Positions 20,761 to 31,657 of a stretch of 64,000 bases of DNA are shown piece by piece (position 1 is the stretch's first letter; each line of letters opens with the position of its first letter). The DNA comes from Thermostichus sp. DRC_bins_24. GTDB lineage: Bacteria; Cyanobacteriota; Cyanobacteriia; Thermostichales; Thermostichaceae. The notes under the pieces are model-generated. The model saw nothing but the letters and a program-made list of their open reading frames with translations. It was not told the DNA's origin and searched no databases. Both the position numbers and the translations under genes were made by a program. The stretch spans positions 1-64,000 of the forward strand of contig JAUQVK010000103.1 in NCBI GenBank assembly GCA_039794845.1, written 5' to 3'.

Positions 20761-21225
20761 ACTTTCTCAACGCCTTTCGGCATCTCTCTGACACCAACAT
20801 CCTTCCTTCCACCAAGGTATGAAGCCCGTACCACCAGCAGTTTCTCTTCCTCAACCTTCAGCTCAGGAAAAAGCCTCGACACTTACCCTGAAGAGGATGA
20901 GAGCATTCTGGTCAACTCACCCGGCAAAAACGCTTCCGACTTGTGAAAGATTGGCCAGGAATTGAAATGGCCTTTCTCTCACTACCGGCGGGTGCTCCCT
21001 CCCTACAGCCTCTCCCAAGCCTCGCTCGCCGCTTCTGCCAGCACAGCCAGACTTAACCCAGGCATAACCTGCTCTTTACTTCAGTTCGAAGGGCAAACGG
21101 TAAGGTGTTGTCAGGAACACTCATCCTTCGCCACGAATTCAGCATCGACGGCAGCTTATTGCTGTTGGTCTGCAGGAGGAAGCCCAACGACCAGTGTGCT
21201 CAGTTTGCCCTAGCGGAGCCAATCC

Positions 21226-21864
21226 ATGCCTGAAACGATGCCCAACCATGCTGCTGCCAGCTTGCCCACACGGGAGCGCCAACTGCTGGAAGACCTCTAC
21301 CGGGGCCGCAGTTTATCCCCCTATACTTCTGGCCAAACCATTCCTTTGTCTCCGGATGAGTGGGTCATCGTTTGCCGGGGTGTGGTGCAACTGACTACCC
21401 TTTATCCGAATGGCGGTGAGGCGTTGTTGGGATTTGCCGGGCCCTCTATGCCTCTGGGATCCCCCTTGACAATGTTGGATCCTTACCAGGCTACGGCTCT
21501 GACGGCGGTTGATGTGTTGCGGCTGCCCGCAGCGGAAGTGGAAGCTTCAGAAACCCTAAGCCAGGGCTTGCTCAAACAGGTGCTGCGCCGGCTGCGACAA
21601 ACCGAAGCGTTGCTGGCCTTGGCCGGACGGCGACGGGTGGAGGATCGGCTGCGCCAGTTGCTCTCCCTTTTGGCCGTAGAACTGGGATCCCCGACAGCAG
21701 CGGGCATTCGGATTAACGTGCGCCTTACCCATCAGGATTTGGCCAATGCCATCGGCACCACTCGGGTCACCATTACCCGCCTCTTGAACCGCTTTCGGCA
21801 ACAGGGCTGGATTACTCTGGATAAGCATCGCCACCTTGTGATCAAGCTCCCGAATGCTGCCTAG
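21226..21864 (+). CDS. Crp/Fnr-family transcription regulator (possibly CysR-like)
   Basis: RVEDRLRQLL and LTHQDLANAIGTTRVTITRLL helix-turn-helix. Confidence 0.9.
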   Translation: MPETMPNHAAASLPTRERQLLEDLYRGRSLSPYTSGQTIPLSPDEWVIVCRGVVQLTTLYPNGGEALLGFAGPSMPLGSPLTMLDPYQATALTAVDVLRLPAAEVEASETLSQGLLKQVLRRLRQTEALLALAGRRRVEDRLRQLLSLLAVELGSPTAAGIRINVRLTHQDLANAIGTTRVTITRLLNRFRQQGWITLDKHRHLVIKLPNAA

Positions 21865-22191
21865 GATCCACTAGACATGGGCCGAATTTACTGTCCCCTA
21901 GACATGGGCCGAAGCTCGTTCCCGAGCCTTAGCCGGCTCACCTATAGCCCTCAGCTTGGTGTTTCCCCCGCGTGCTCCTTCTACATTGCAGGTGGATTGG
22001 GCCAGTCTGCTCCGGCACCCTCCAAGATCCGTAAAGACACCCCCACCCGGGCTTGTGGGGTTTTGCTGTTGTTGGGGTGAACAGCGGACTTTGCCATGGG
22101 CAAGAGCACAGTATCCTGAGAAAGTCAGGGGTTGAGAGTGCCAATGGTGTCTGAATTGGGAAGCCATGACGACAATCACAACGCAACGGAG

Positions 22192-22713
22192 ATGGCTATC
22201 TCCTTGGAGGAACTAGCCGTAGACTTTGTTCGCCATGGCATCGCCGAAGAACCGCAAGCGGAGATGGAGGATGCTTTCCGGGCCTTGACAGACGAAGGCC
22301 GCAAGCGCTGCCGTAAAATTGCCCGCCAACTGAAAGAGATGGGCTGGAGGTGGAGTGCCATCCTCACCAGTCCTCTCGTACGCGCCCGCCAAACGGCTGA
22401 GATCTTCTCGGATGAGGGCCTTGCCAAAAGCGTAGAGGTATTTGAGCCTCTGGCCCCAGGGGGAAGTTTCGCCGATCTGGTGCGCTGGCAGACCCAGCAG
22501 GATCCCCTCACCTCTTTGGCCTTGGTGGGTCACCAGCCGGATCTAAGCCTATGGGTACAGTCGGCCATCGGGTTGCGCCCGACCAACAGCCAAACTCAAG
22601 CGATCACCCTCAAAAAAGCAGGTCTGGCCCAAGTGCGGTTTCCTGAAGGGCGTATTGACTACCGACAGGGATCCCTGACTTTGTTGCTTTCCCCCAAGGT
22701 GCTGCTGCGCTGA
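22192..22713 (+). CDS. sixA: Phosphohistidine phosphatase SixA
   Basis: RHGIAE, RALT, TSPLVRARQTA, LVGHQP and LKKAG. Confidence 0.9.
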   Translation: MAISLEELAVDFVRHGIAEEPQAEMEDAFRALTDEGRKRCRKIARQLKEMGWRWSAILTSPLVRARQTAEIFSDEGLAKSVEVFEPLAPGGSFADLVRWQTQQDPLTSLALVGHQPDLSLWVQSAIGLRPTNSQTQAITLKKAGLAQVRFPEGRIDYRQGSLTLLLSPKVLLR

Positions 22714-22998
22714 GAGGGTGAAATCCATCCATACATATAGTCACTCCAAATAAGAACGATAAACTTTCCGACTCCCCTCTCCCGCTCTAGGGGAGGTTCT
22801 GCGGCTGGTGACACGCTGCGCAAAGGGGGTGAGAGTAGGTGTTGCAAACTCAACTCAAAGGACCCTAACACTCATCCCGATCACCTCATTGGGCAAGCTC
22901 CCCTGTGGAGCTTCGATGGTGTCGGGGCAAACATGGCGGCCTTCGTTAATTTTTGTTAAGGTTGTTGTGCGAAGTGCAACATTATGGAGCATTCAATC

Positions 22999-23193
22999 AT
23001 GGCGAAGATCTTCACTCCCGAATTCAACCAGTTCGAGACCATCAACGCCACCCAAGCGTGGTCTTTGTTTTTTACCATCAGCTCTTCTGATCAACTCTTG
23101 GGTCAAAATCCAGCTATCGGTCGTTACATTACCTTGGCTCTGTTCAGCGGTATCCTCACGGGGATCCTGAACGTGCTGGTGGCCTCTGTGTAG
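22999..23193 (+). CDS. Small hypothetical membrane protein (64 aa)
   Basis: GGAG RBS upstream; C-terminal hydrophobic helix YITLALFSGILTGILNVLVASV. Confidence 0.6.
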   Translation: MAKIFTPEFNQFETINATQAWSLFFTISSSDQLLGQNPAIGRYITLALFSGILTGILNVLVASV

Positions 23194-23301
23194 TTGATGA
23201 TAAGGCTCCGCTAGGCATTCCCTTCCGGGGATCCGCCGCTTAACCTGAGAGGGAGGATTCTTTCTCTCAGGTTTATCGTTTTTGAACAGTGAACCCCTTC
23301 C

Positions 23302-25827
23302 ATGAGTGCTTCTGTAGAAACCGCCCCTTCTTCAACGGTCTCTGCCCAGCCGTGCAGACTTCCTCTCCTTCTCGCCCCAGCCGGAGATTGGGATTGTGCC
23401 AAGGCTGCCGTTGAGAATGGGGCCGATGCCATTTACTTCGGGTTGGAACGGTTCAACGCACGCATGCGGGCCCGCAACTTTACGGAAGCGGATTTGCCGG
23501 AATTGATGGCCTGGCTGCACCGGCGAGGGGTGCGCGGCTACGTTACCTTCAACACGTTGGTCTTTCCTTCTGAGCTAACCGAAGCAGAAGGCTATATCCG
23601 TTCGATTGTGGCAGCGGGGGTGGATGCAGCGATTGTGCAGGATATCGGCATGGTGCGCCTGATTCGTCATCTGTCGTCGGATTTTCCCGTTCATGCTTCT
23701 ACCCAAATGACGGTTACCAGTGGGGTGGGGGCGGAGTTTGCCCAGCGGTTGGGCTGTGAGCTGGTGGTTTTGGCCCGCGAATGTTCCCTAAAGGAAATCG
23801 ATAAAATCCGCACTCACCTGGTTCAGAAGGGATCCACTCTATCTTTGGAAGTCTTTGTGCACGGGGCTTTGTGCGTGGCTTATTCCGGGCAATGTCTGAC
23901 CAGCGAATCGTTGGGGGGCCGCTCCGCCAATCGGGGGGAATGTGCCCAGGCTTGCCGTATGCCCTACGATCTGGTGGTAGACGGGATCCGCCGCGACTTG
24001 GGGGAAAAACGCTATCTGCTCAGCCCACAGGATTTGGCGGGGCTTGAGGTGTTGCCGGAGTTGGTCAAGGCCGGGATCCACTGCCTGAAGATCGAGGGGC
24101 GGCTTAAATCGGCGGAGTATGTAGCCAATGTAACGCGGGTGTATCGGCAGGCGTTGGATGCCCTGGGCTCACAGCGACCGCAGCAGCTTTCTCGTCAGGA
24201 TCGCTACGAACTGGAAATGAGCTTTTCCCGCGGTTTGTATACGGGTTGGTTTCGGGGCATCAACAATCAGGAGCTGGTGCACGCCCGCTTCGGGAAAAAA
24301 CGGGGGGTTTATCTGGGCCAAGTTCTCCGGATCCTTTCCGATCAAGTGGAGATTCGTCTGGAGGCCCCCCTCAAGGCGGGGGATGGCGTGGTGTTCGACC
24401 AAGGTCAGCCCCACTTACCCGAACAGGGAGGGCGAGTGTATCGCGTTGAACTGAAGTCAGGCCGGGCCCTGCTCAGCTTTGGGCAAGGGGATATCGACCT
24501 GAACAGCCTCCGCGTCGGGGATCACCTCTGGAAAACCAGCGATCCAGAACTGGAAAAACGCCTCCGCCAAAGTTATGCCGGGGAGCACCCCCATTTTCAG
24601 CGGCCCATTCATATGCAAGTTCATGGCCAAGCGGGATCCCCTCTCACCTTGATTCTGCGGGATGAACAGGGCCATACCGTACGGGTGGATTCCCCGATGC
24701 CGTTGGTGCCCGCCCACCACAAACCCCTCACCACCGAAAAACTACAGGAGCAATTGGGCCGCCTCGGATCCACCCCTTTCAAACTGGGATCCCTGGAGAA
24801 TTACCTCGAGGGAGCGGTGATGTTGCCCGTGAGTGCCCTCAACCAAATGCGGCGGGAAGCCGTAGAACACTTGCAAGCTTTGCGGGCTCAACCCCTGCGT
24901 TGGCAACTTCAGCCTGAGGCCCATTGGCAAGACCTGATACCCGCCAAGATAGATTCCACAAATTCCGTAGAAAGTTCAGGAACCGGATCCCCACATTTGT
25001 CGGTTTTGGTGCGGGATCCGGCTCAACTGCAAGCGGCGATAGAAAGCGAAATCCAGCAGATTTACCTCGAGTTTGAGGATCCCCGCCGGTATCGAGAGGT
25101 GGTTGCGCAAGTCAAGGGCCAATATTCACAGGTGGAAATTTGGGTGGCCCCACCCCGGATCACCAAACCGGGAGAAACCTGGATTTTGAAACAGGTGCTG
25201 GCGGCGGCGGCGGATGGCTATTTGGTGAGAAACTATGATCATCTGCAGTTTTTTGCCGGGGAGCGGTGCATCGGAGATTTTTCCTTGAATGTGGCCAATC
25301 CGATTACGGCTCACTATCTAAAAACTCAGTACAAATTAGAACGCTTGACCGCTTCTTACGACCTTAATCACGACCAGCTGGGATCCCTGTTGCAAGCTGG
25401 CCCCGCCCATTGGTACGAGGTAACGATCCATCAGCACATGCCCATGTTTCATATGGAGCACTGTGTGTTCTGCGCCTTTTTATCCAGTGGAACCGATTAC
25501 ACCAATTGTGGCCGCCCTTGTGAAAAGCATGAGGTGAAACTACGCGACCGGGCCAATAGCGAACATGTTTTGAAGGCGGATGCAGGCTGTCGCAACACCC
25601 TCTACAATGGCAAAGCTCAAACGGGAGCAGAATATGTACACAAGTTGCTGGATCTGGGCTTACGCTATTTGCGGCTGGAGTTTTTGAATGAATCGCCTGC
25701 ACAAGTGAAACAAACCCTGCACAGTTATCAGCAGCTTTTACAAGGCAAGATAAGCGGATCCCGGTTGTGGCGAGAGCTGAAGCTACACAGTCAACTTGGG
25801 GTCACTCGCGGGACTTTGGAGGGATAG
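23302..25827 (+). CDS. Long U32-family Fe-S protein with DUF3656-like region (RlhA-like RNA hydroxylation factor)
   Basis: LAPAG, GADAIY, HASTQM, EVFVHGALCVAYSGQC, NRGECAQACR and KIEGRLK. Confidence 0.88.
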   Translation: MSASVETAPSSTVSAQPCRLPLLLAPAGDWDCAKAAVENGADAIYFGLERFNARMRARNFTEADLPELMAWLHRRGVRGYVTFNTLVFPSELTEAEGYIRSIVAAGVDAAIVQDIGMVRLIRHLSSDFPVHASTQMTVTSGVGAEFAQRLGCELVVLARECSLKEIDKIRTHLVQKGSTLSLEVFVHGALCVAYSGQCLTSESLGGRSANRGECAQACRMPYDLVVDGIRRDLGEKRYLLSPQDLAGLEVLPELVKAGIHCLKIEGRLKSAEYVANVTRVYRQALDALGSQRPQQLSRQDRYELEMSFSRGLYTGWFRGINNQELVHARFGKKRGVYLGQVLRILSDQVEIRLEAPLKAGDGVVFDQGQPHLPEQGGRVYRVELKSGRALLSFGQGDIDLNSLRVGDHLWKTSDPELEKRLRQSYAGEHPHFQRPIHMQVHGQAGSPLTLILRDEQGHTVRVDSPMPLVPAHHKPLTTEKLQEQLGRLGSTPFKLGSLENYLEGAVMLPVSALNQMRREAVEHLQALRAQPLRWQLQPEAHWQDLIPAKIDSTNSVESSGTGSPHLSVLVRDPAQLQAAIESEIQQIYLEFEDPRRYREVVAQVKGQYSQVEIWVAPPRITKPGETWILKQVLAAAADGYLVRNYDHLQFFAGERCIGDFSLNVANPITAHYLKTQYKLERLTASYDLNHDQLGSLLQAGPAHWYEVTIHQHMPMFHMEHCVFCAFLSSGTDYTNCGRPCEKHEVKLRDRANSEHVLKADAGCRNTLYNGKAQTGAEYVHKLLDLGLRYLRLEFLNESPAQVKQTLHSYQQLLQGKISGSRLWRELKLHSQLGVTRGTLEG

Positions 25828-25940
25828 AGAGCAAGAGCAGGGTACTGAGCTCGACAACTACCCCCTAGAGACCGGCTTTGTGCGAACGAACATGCAGATA
25901 GATCCTCAAAGCCACAATCCATCAGCAAAAAACCTCCCGA

Positions 25941-26586
25941 ATGACTTCTGGTAAAGGCTTTGGCTTGTTTGTAGCCCTCAGGCGGAACATACGACTCGGT
26001 GCTTGTGGCATTTGTCTTGGCGCCAGTTATGTGCTCAAATTTGCTGCGTTTGATCCTCGGGTCAAGGCCATTGCCCTGATTGCAGGTGCTTACAATTCCC
26101 CACATACTATGCGCCGCCTCATGGGATCCGAGCGCTATCGGGAGCGTCTGGCGTACTTTGCCCACATGCGTGAACATGCGTGAACAGTATTGGCAGACGG
26201 GTGAACTGCCTTACCTTCCTGCGGTTTCTGAGAGCGGATCTGCAGCCATGCCAGGGGCAGAGCCCTACGAATACTACGGTACTGCTCGCTCCGCCAGTCC
26301 CCACTGGGTGAATCAAGTCACAGCCCTTTCCACCTATGAATTGATCACATTGGAGGCAGCAGCGGCTGCCGATTTTATCTCCCCAACGCCAATGCTAATG
26401 GTGCATGGACAGGTGGATGCCTATTGCTCCCCCGAGAGTGCCCAAGCCACTTACGAACGGGCTGGGGATCCGAAAAAATGGGTTTGGCTACCCACCCACA
26501 ATCACATCGATCTTTACGATGTTGAAGACTACGTTGGCCCTGCCGTAGCAGAAACTGCCCATTGGTTTCAGACTTATCTGGGGTAA
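25941..26586 (+). pseudogene. 5'-truncated, frameshifted alpha/beta hydrolase (YcjY-like)
   Basis: GICLG nucleophile elbow, DPRVKA, VHGQVD and NHIDLYD; N-terminus missing; 10-bp duplication ACATGCGTGA at 26164-26183 shifts the frame. Confidence 0.8.
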
Positions 26587-26598
26587 AGAACTTATCGC

Positions 26599-27423
26599 TC
26601 AGGGTAACCAAGGAAATTGGCGAAAATCGGGGGGGCGCTTTTCCAAAAAGGCTCGTTTGCCCTCGGCGGCTTCTTCGGTCATGTAAAACAACAGCGTCGC
26701 ATCGCCTGCCAGTTCCTGTAGCCCCGCCTGCCCATCACAATCGGCGTTGAATGCAGCCTTGAGGCAGCGAATCGCCAGCGGACTTTTTTGCAGAATTTCC
26801 TGGGCCCAGCGGATCCCTTCTGCTTCTAGATCTTCGACGGGCACTACCGCATTCACCAAGCCCATGTCTAAGGCTTGTGCCGCTGTGTATTGACGACAGA
26901 GAAACCAAATTTCCCGTGCTTTTTTTTGACCCACCACCCGCGCCAAGTAGCTCGCCCCAAAGCCCCCATCAAAGCTGCCCACCTTTGGGCCGGTCTGACC
27001 GAAAATGGCGTTGTCTGCGGCAATGGTGAGATCACAAATTAAATGCAAAACATGGCCGCCCCCAATGGCATAGCCCGCCACCAAGGCAATCACCACCTTG
27101 GGCAAGGAGCGGATCAGCCGTTGCAAATCCAACACATTCAAGCGCGGGATCCCGGCCTCATCCAAATAGCCCGCCTCACCGCGCACGCTCTGATCCCCGC
27201 CAGCACAAAAGGCATATTTGCCATCGCTGTGGGGGCCAGCCCCGGTGAACAGCACCACCCCAATTCGGGGATCCTCCCGCACATTGGTGAAGGCATCGAT
27301 CAACTCCTGAATGGTTTTTGGGCGAAAGGCATTGCGCTTGTGGGGGCGGTTGATGGTGATTTTGGCGATGCCATCGCTTTTTTCGTAGCGGATATCTTCG
27401 TAGGTTTTGGCGCTGTGCCACAT
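26599..27423 (-). CDS. menB: 1,4-dihydroxy-2-naphthoyl-CoA synthase
   Basis: [30 protein letters not shown] and [13 protein letters not shown]. Confidence 0.97.
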   Translation of the reverse strand: MWHSAKTYEDIRYEKSDGIAKITINRPHKRNAFRPKTIQELIDAFTNVREDPRIGVVLFTGAGPHSDGKYAFCAGGDQSVRGEAGYLDEAGIPRLNVLDLQRLIRSLPKVVIALVAGYAIGGGHVLHLICDLTIAADNAIFGQTGPKVGSFDGGFGASYLARVVGQKKAREIWFLCRQYTAAQALDMGLVNAVVPVEDLEAEGIRWAQEILQKSPLAIRCLKAAFNADCDGQAGLQELAGDATLLFYMTEEAAEGKRAFLEKRPPDFRQFPWLP

Positions 27424-27450
27424 GGCCGGGGATCCTCTGACGGATCCGTA

Positions 27451-28968
27451 TTATCCAACGGTTCCGGCGGTCTGGATCATGGCTGCTACCAACCCCTCCA
27501 GGGTATATTCCGCCGCTTCGATATCCACCCGACCCAGCTCCGCTCGACAGGTTTCTGCGGTCTTTGGGCCAATGGCGGCAATTTGCACCGGCGGCTCCCA
27601 AACCTTCGCATCCAGCCCTGCTTGCCGGATCAACTGGGCGAAATGGTGCACCGTTTTGGAGCTGGCAAAGCTGAGAATATCCACCTGCCCCGCTTCTAGG
27701 GCAGCGATCACCTGGGGATCCGGCTGTTTCGGACAAGCGGATTGATAGGCGGCTACCTCCAGGACCTGCGCCCCCCGCTGTCGCAACCCCTGCACCAACA
27801 CCTCTCGCCCACCCGACTCGACCCGTGGAAACAGCACCCGTTGCCCCGCCACGGGTTCTGGCCAAACCTCCAACAGGGCATCGGCAACAAACTCCTGGGG
27901 CACCAGATCCGGATCAATGCCGTACTGAGCCAGCACCGCCGCCGTTTTGGATCCCACCACCGCCACCTTGAGCCGATGGAGCGCCCGGCTGTCTTGCCCC
28001 TGATGGCGCAGCCGCTCAAAAAAATAGGTGACGGCATTGGCAGAGGTGAGCAGCAACCAGTCGAATTGCGCTAGCTGTTGCAGGGCTTGATCGAGGGGAT
28101 CCCAGCTTTCCGGGGGTTGAATCACCAGCGTGGGCATTTCCAGCACCCGCGCTCCTTGGGCCTGGAGCAGTTCCCGAAAGGCTTCCGATTGCCCCTCCGA
28201 GCGCGTGACCAAAATCGTTTTTCCCCCCAAGGGGGCTGGTTCTGGCAAGGCAGGGATCCCGGGCAAAAATGCCGGTCGCAGGTTCACCACCTCCCCAACC
28301 ACCAGCACTCCTGGCCCAGGAGCAGCCGGTTCGCAGGATCCGCTTTTTGCTGTGGCCAGCTCTGCCAGGCAACCCACCCACACCCTTTGCTCCACCTGGC
28401 CCGCTGACCGAATCAGCGCCACAGGCCGTTCCGCAGGGCAACCCGCCTCCATGAGCTGGGTCGCAATCTGGTCTCGCCGCCGGGATCCCATCAGGATCAC
28501 CAGCGTATCCAGTTGTGCCAATGCCGACCAGGGCAACGTTTCCAGCTCGTGGGCCGTCAGCACCGCAAAAACTCGACTGAGATGTTTATCGGTCAGCGGG
28601 ATCCCCGCCCACAGGGGGCCAGCCAAGGCAGAAGACAACCCCGGCAGGATCTCCAACGGGCACCCGGCTTCGGTGAGGCTCTCGACTTCCTCTCGGGTAC
28701 GACCAAAAATCAACGGATCCCCAGATTTGAGGTGAACCACCTGTTTGCCCTCTTGGCAGCGTTGGATCAGCCACCGGATCCCTACGGATAAAGAGCCTGC
28801 CCCAGATCGTCGCCAAACCTGAGCCTGCCCCGGCAACTCCGCCAGCAATCGCTCATCCACCAGCTCATCGATCCAAACAGCATCGGCCTGCCGCAATACC
28901 TGCAGCGCCCTAGCCGTTAGGCCGTCGCGTCCCCCCAAACCCGCCCCCACCAGATACACCTTGCCCAT
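27451..28968 (-). CDS. cobA: Fused uroporphyrinogen-III C-methyltransferase / uroporphyrinogen-III synthase (CobA-HemD)
   Basis: VYLVGAG, LKSGDPLIFGR and PGLSS, then ILVTR, TSANAV, FASSKTV and AIGPKT. Confidence 0.93.
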   Translation of the reverse strand: MGKVYLVGAGLGGRDGLTARALQVLRQADAVWIDELVDERLLAELPGQAQVWRRSGAGSLSVGIRWLIQRCQEGKQVVHLKSGDPLIFGRTREEVESLTEAGCPLEILPGLSSALAGPLWAGIPLTDKHLSRVFAVLTAHELETLPWSALAQLDTLVILMGSRRRDQIATQLMEAGCPAERPVALIRSAGQVEQRVWVGCLAELATAKSGSCEPAAPGPGVLVVGEVVNLRPAFLPGIPALPEPAPLGGKTILVTRSEGQSEAFRELLQAQGARVLEMPTLVIQPPESWDPLDQALQQLAQFDWLLLTSANAVTYFFERLRHQGQDSRALHRLKVAVVGSKTAAVLAQYGIDPDLVPQEFVADALLEVWPEPVAGQRVLFPRVESGGREVLVQGLRQRGAQVLEVAAYQSACPKQPDPQVIAALEAGQVDILSFASSKTVHHFAQLIRQAGLDAKVWEPPVQIAAIGPKTAETCRAELGRVDIEAAEYTLEGLVAAMIQTAGTVG

Positions 28969-29099
28969 GCCGGATCCCCTGTGCTGTTTTTGATCCTGCC
29001 CCAAATGGGGGATCCCGAGGGAGTCTTGACACCCCAGCGGCCACCGGCAACAGCATTTCAGATTAGGCTGAAGACATGTAAAGTAAGTTCTCAGGTTGT

Positions 29100-30671
29100 A
29101 TGACCTCGAACCTGAAGATTCAAAAAATTCTCTACGTGCGGCTACCCTGCAACCCGATCTTCCCGATTGGGGTGGTCTATCTGGCGGATCACGTTCACAA
29201 GCTGTTTCCCAATGTGGAGCAGCGCATCTTCGACATGGGTACTTTCCCGCCCCTGGATTATCGGCGCCGCATGCTGGAGCAGATCGACCAGTTTCGGCCA
29301 GATTTGCTGGTGTTTTCCTGGCGAGATATTCAGGTGTATGCGCCGGTAAATGGGCGGGCGGGCAACCTTCTGCAACACTCCTTCGAGTTTCTCTACTCCC
29401 CCAACCTTCTGAAAAAAATCCGGGGCTCCCTGAATAGCCTCAAGTTGGTACTGGCTTACTACGGCGAGATCTGGCGGAATACGCGGCTGGTGTGGCAAGG
29501 GATCCGCCGGGCCAGGCGCTACAAACCGCAGGCAGAAGTGGTCCTGGGGGGCGGGGCGGTCAGCGTTTTTTACGAACAACTGGGCCGTTTTCTGCCCCAG
29601 GGTACGATCATCTCCGTCGGGGAGGGGGAAACGCTGCTGGAAAAAGTGATCCAGGGGCAAAGCCTTGCTGCTGAGCGCTGCTATCGGGCCAGACTCGAAC
29701 AACCTCGCCGGGGCATGGTACACGAACCGCCGCAACCCCTACAAAAAACCGCCTGTGACTACACCTACATCGAAGGGATTTGGCCGGAAATGGACTACTA
29801 CCTAGAAGGGGGAGATTTTTACATTGGGGTGCAAACCAAGCGCGGCTGTCCCCACAATTGCTGCTACTGCATCTACACGGTCATCGAAGGCAAACAGGTG
29901 CGCATTAACCCCGCCGATGAAGTGATTCGAGAGATGCTGCAGCTGTATGAACGAGGGGTGCGGAATTTCTGGTTTACCGATGCGCAGTTTATCCCCGCCC
30001 GTCGCTACATCGAAGATGCGGTGGAATTGCTCCAGAAAATCCTTGCAGCCGGCATGACCGATATTCGCTGGGCCGCCTACATTCGTGCCGACAACCTCAC
30101 CCCCGAGCTGGCGGACCTGATGGTGAAAACCGGCATGAGCTACTTCGAGATTGGCATCACCAGTGGATCCCAGGAACTCGTGCGCAAAATGCGCATGGGC
30201 TATAACCTGCGTACAGTCTTGGACAGTTGCCGCTACCTCAAACAGGCGGGATTTCACGAGCTGGTGTCGGTCAACTACTCGTTTAATGTTATCGACGAGC
30301 GGCCCGAAACCATCCGCCAAACCTTACGGTATCACCGTGAGTTAGAAGCCATTTTTGGCCGTGACAAAGTAGAGCCAGCCATTTTCTTTATCGGCCTACA
30401 ACCTCACACTCACCTAGAAGAGTATGCTCGCAAAACAGGGGTGATCGACGATCACTTCAACCCCATGCACATGACCCCCTGGACGGCCCGCAAATTGCTC
30501 TGGAACCCGGAACCGATGGGATCCTTCTTTGGAGAGGTGTGTCTAGAAGCCTGGGATCGCAACCCCTATGACTTTGGCCGCGAGGTGATGGATATTTTGG
30601 AGCGTCGTCTGGGTCTGGCGGAGTTGGAGGAGGCCCTAAGTGCGCCTTTGGCAGGGGTTTATGTGTCCTGA
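29100..30671 (+). CDS. Cyanobacterial radical SAM protein (photosystem II high-light acclimation type)
   Basis: KRGCPHNCCYC (CxxxCxxC) and RLPCNPIFPIG N-terminus. Confidence 0.88.
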   Translation: MTSNLKIQKILYVRLPCNPIFPIGVVYLADHVHKLFPNVEQRIFDMGTFPPLDYRRRMLEQIDQFRPDLLVFSWRDIQVYAPVNGRAGNLLQHSFEFLYSPNLLKKIRGSLNSLKLVLAYYGEIWRNTRLVWQGIRRARRYKPQAEVVLGGGAVSVFYEQLGRFLPQGTIISVGEGETLLEKVIQGQSLAAERCYRARLEQPRRGMVHEPPQPLQKTACDYTYIEGIWPEMDYYLEGGDFYIGVQTKRGCPHNCCYCIYTVIEGKQVRINPADEVIREMLQLYERGVRNFWFTDAQFIPARRYIEDAVELLQKILAAGMTDIRWAAYIRADNLTPELADLMVKTGMSYFEIGITSGSQELVRKMRMGYNLRTVLDSCRYLKQAGFHELVSVNYSFNVIDERPETIRQTLRYHRELEAIFGRDKVEPAIFFIGLQPHTHLEEYARKTGVIDDHFNPMHMTPWTARKLLWNPEPMGSFFGEVCLEAWDRNPYDFGREVMDILERRLGLAELEEALSAPLAGVYVS

Positions 30672-30802
30672 CCTCCCCCCAGAAGCCTTCCGGAAATGGC
30701 CGGGATATGCTGGTCGGAAGCGGGAGGGGAGGGATCGCTGTGGGGATGACAGTGCCAGCGGCTGCCCACCGCACTGTTCTGCTACCGACGGAGCCGGATC
30801 CC

Positions 30803-31657
30803 ATGTCTATTCCGCCTACTCCCTTTACCTATTATCAGCAGTTGGGCATTTCCCCCCAAGCCAGCCTGGACGAGATCAAAACCGCCTACCGCAACCGGGC
30901 CCGCCAAGTTCACCCCGACAGCCTGCCCGCCGATACCCCAGAAGTGCTGCGGCAGCTGGCCCAGCGGGAGTTTCTGCAGTTACAGCGGGCCTACCGAGTT
31001 CTGAGCGATAGTCAACAGCGTCAGGCCTACGACCTTAGCCTCAAACCCTTGCCCTCCCGTCCGCCGGTGCAGGTGGTGCCCGTGCCGGAGCCTCCTCCTA
31101 CCCCCAGTTGGCCGACCGTGTTGAGTGCTGGATTGGCGGGGGCCGCTCTCTGTCTAATGGGTCTGGCCCTTTGGAACGGATTGAGCCCAGTCCGAGGCTT
31201 GGATATGGCCAGTAAAACCGCTGTCGTCAATGCCCTGGACTCTCCTTCTAACCCAGAACCGGCTCTGGCGGCATCCTCCCCGGCGATGGCCAGGGTCGGC
31301 AGCTCTCAAGTGGATGGGGCTTTTCCGTCAAACCAAGCGGAATCCGTAACCTTGGCCCAAGTTCCCCTCCCTGAGCCGGAGGCTCCTTTCCAACCCTCTC
31401 CGGAGCAGATCAACCGCTTCGCCCGTGCCCTCCTGGAGGTACAACCCCTCCTGGAAGCCACCCAAAATCGCCTTGAACAGACCAATAGCAGCGAGGAACG
31501 GCAGCAAATTGAGCAACAGTTTGAGACGGCTGCCAGCAAGGTGATCGCCGCCCATCAACTGACTCCGGAGGAGTATCACCGCATCTTCGCCAGCACCCAG
31601 TCGGATCCGCAGGTGGCGGCTTCGGTAACCGCAGCCGTGCGCCGTTGGATGCCCTGA
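30803..31657 (+). CDS. J-domain membrane protein with C-terminal DUF4168-like domain
   Basis: YYQQLG...EIKTAYR...HPD...AYRVLSD; one TM helix; C-terminal QINRFARALLEVQP...LTPEEYHRI. Confidence 0.85.
   Translation: MSIPPTPFTYYQQLGISPQASLDEIKTAYRNRARQVHPDSLPADTPEVLRQLAQREFLQLQRAYRVLSDSQQRQAYDLSLKPLPSRPPVQVVPVPEPPPTPSWPTVLSAGLAGAALCLMGLALWNGLSPVRGLDMASKTAVVNALDSPSNPEPALAASSPAMARVGSSQVDGAFPSNQAESVTLAQVPLPEPEAPFQPSPEQINRFARALLEVQPLLEATQNRLEQTNSSEERQQIEQQFETAASKVIAAHQLTPEEYHRIFASTQSDPQVAASVTAAVRRWMP

Noticed and set aside
20962..21213. 83-aa ORF upstream of the Crp gene
   Set aside because: No RBS or motif support; probably promoter or leader DNA.
21871..21913. CRISPR array
   Set aside because: Only two 16-bp repeats with an 11-bp spacer and no cas genes; no array seen anywhere in the window.
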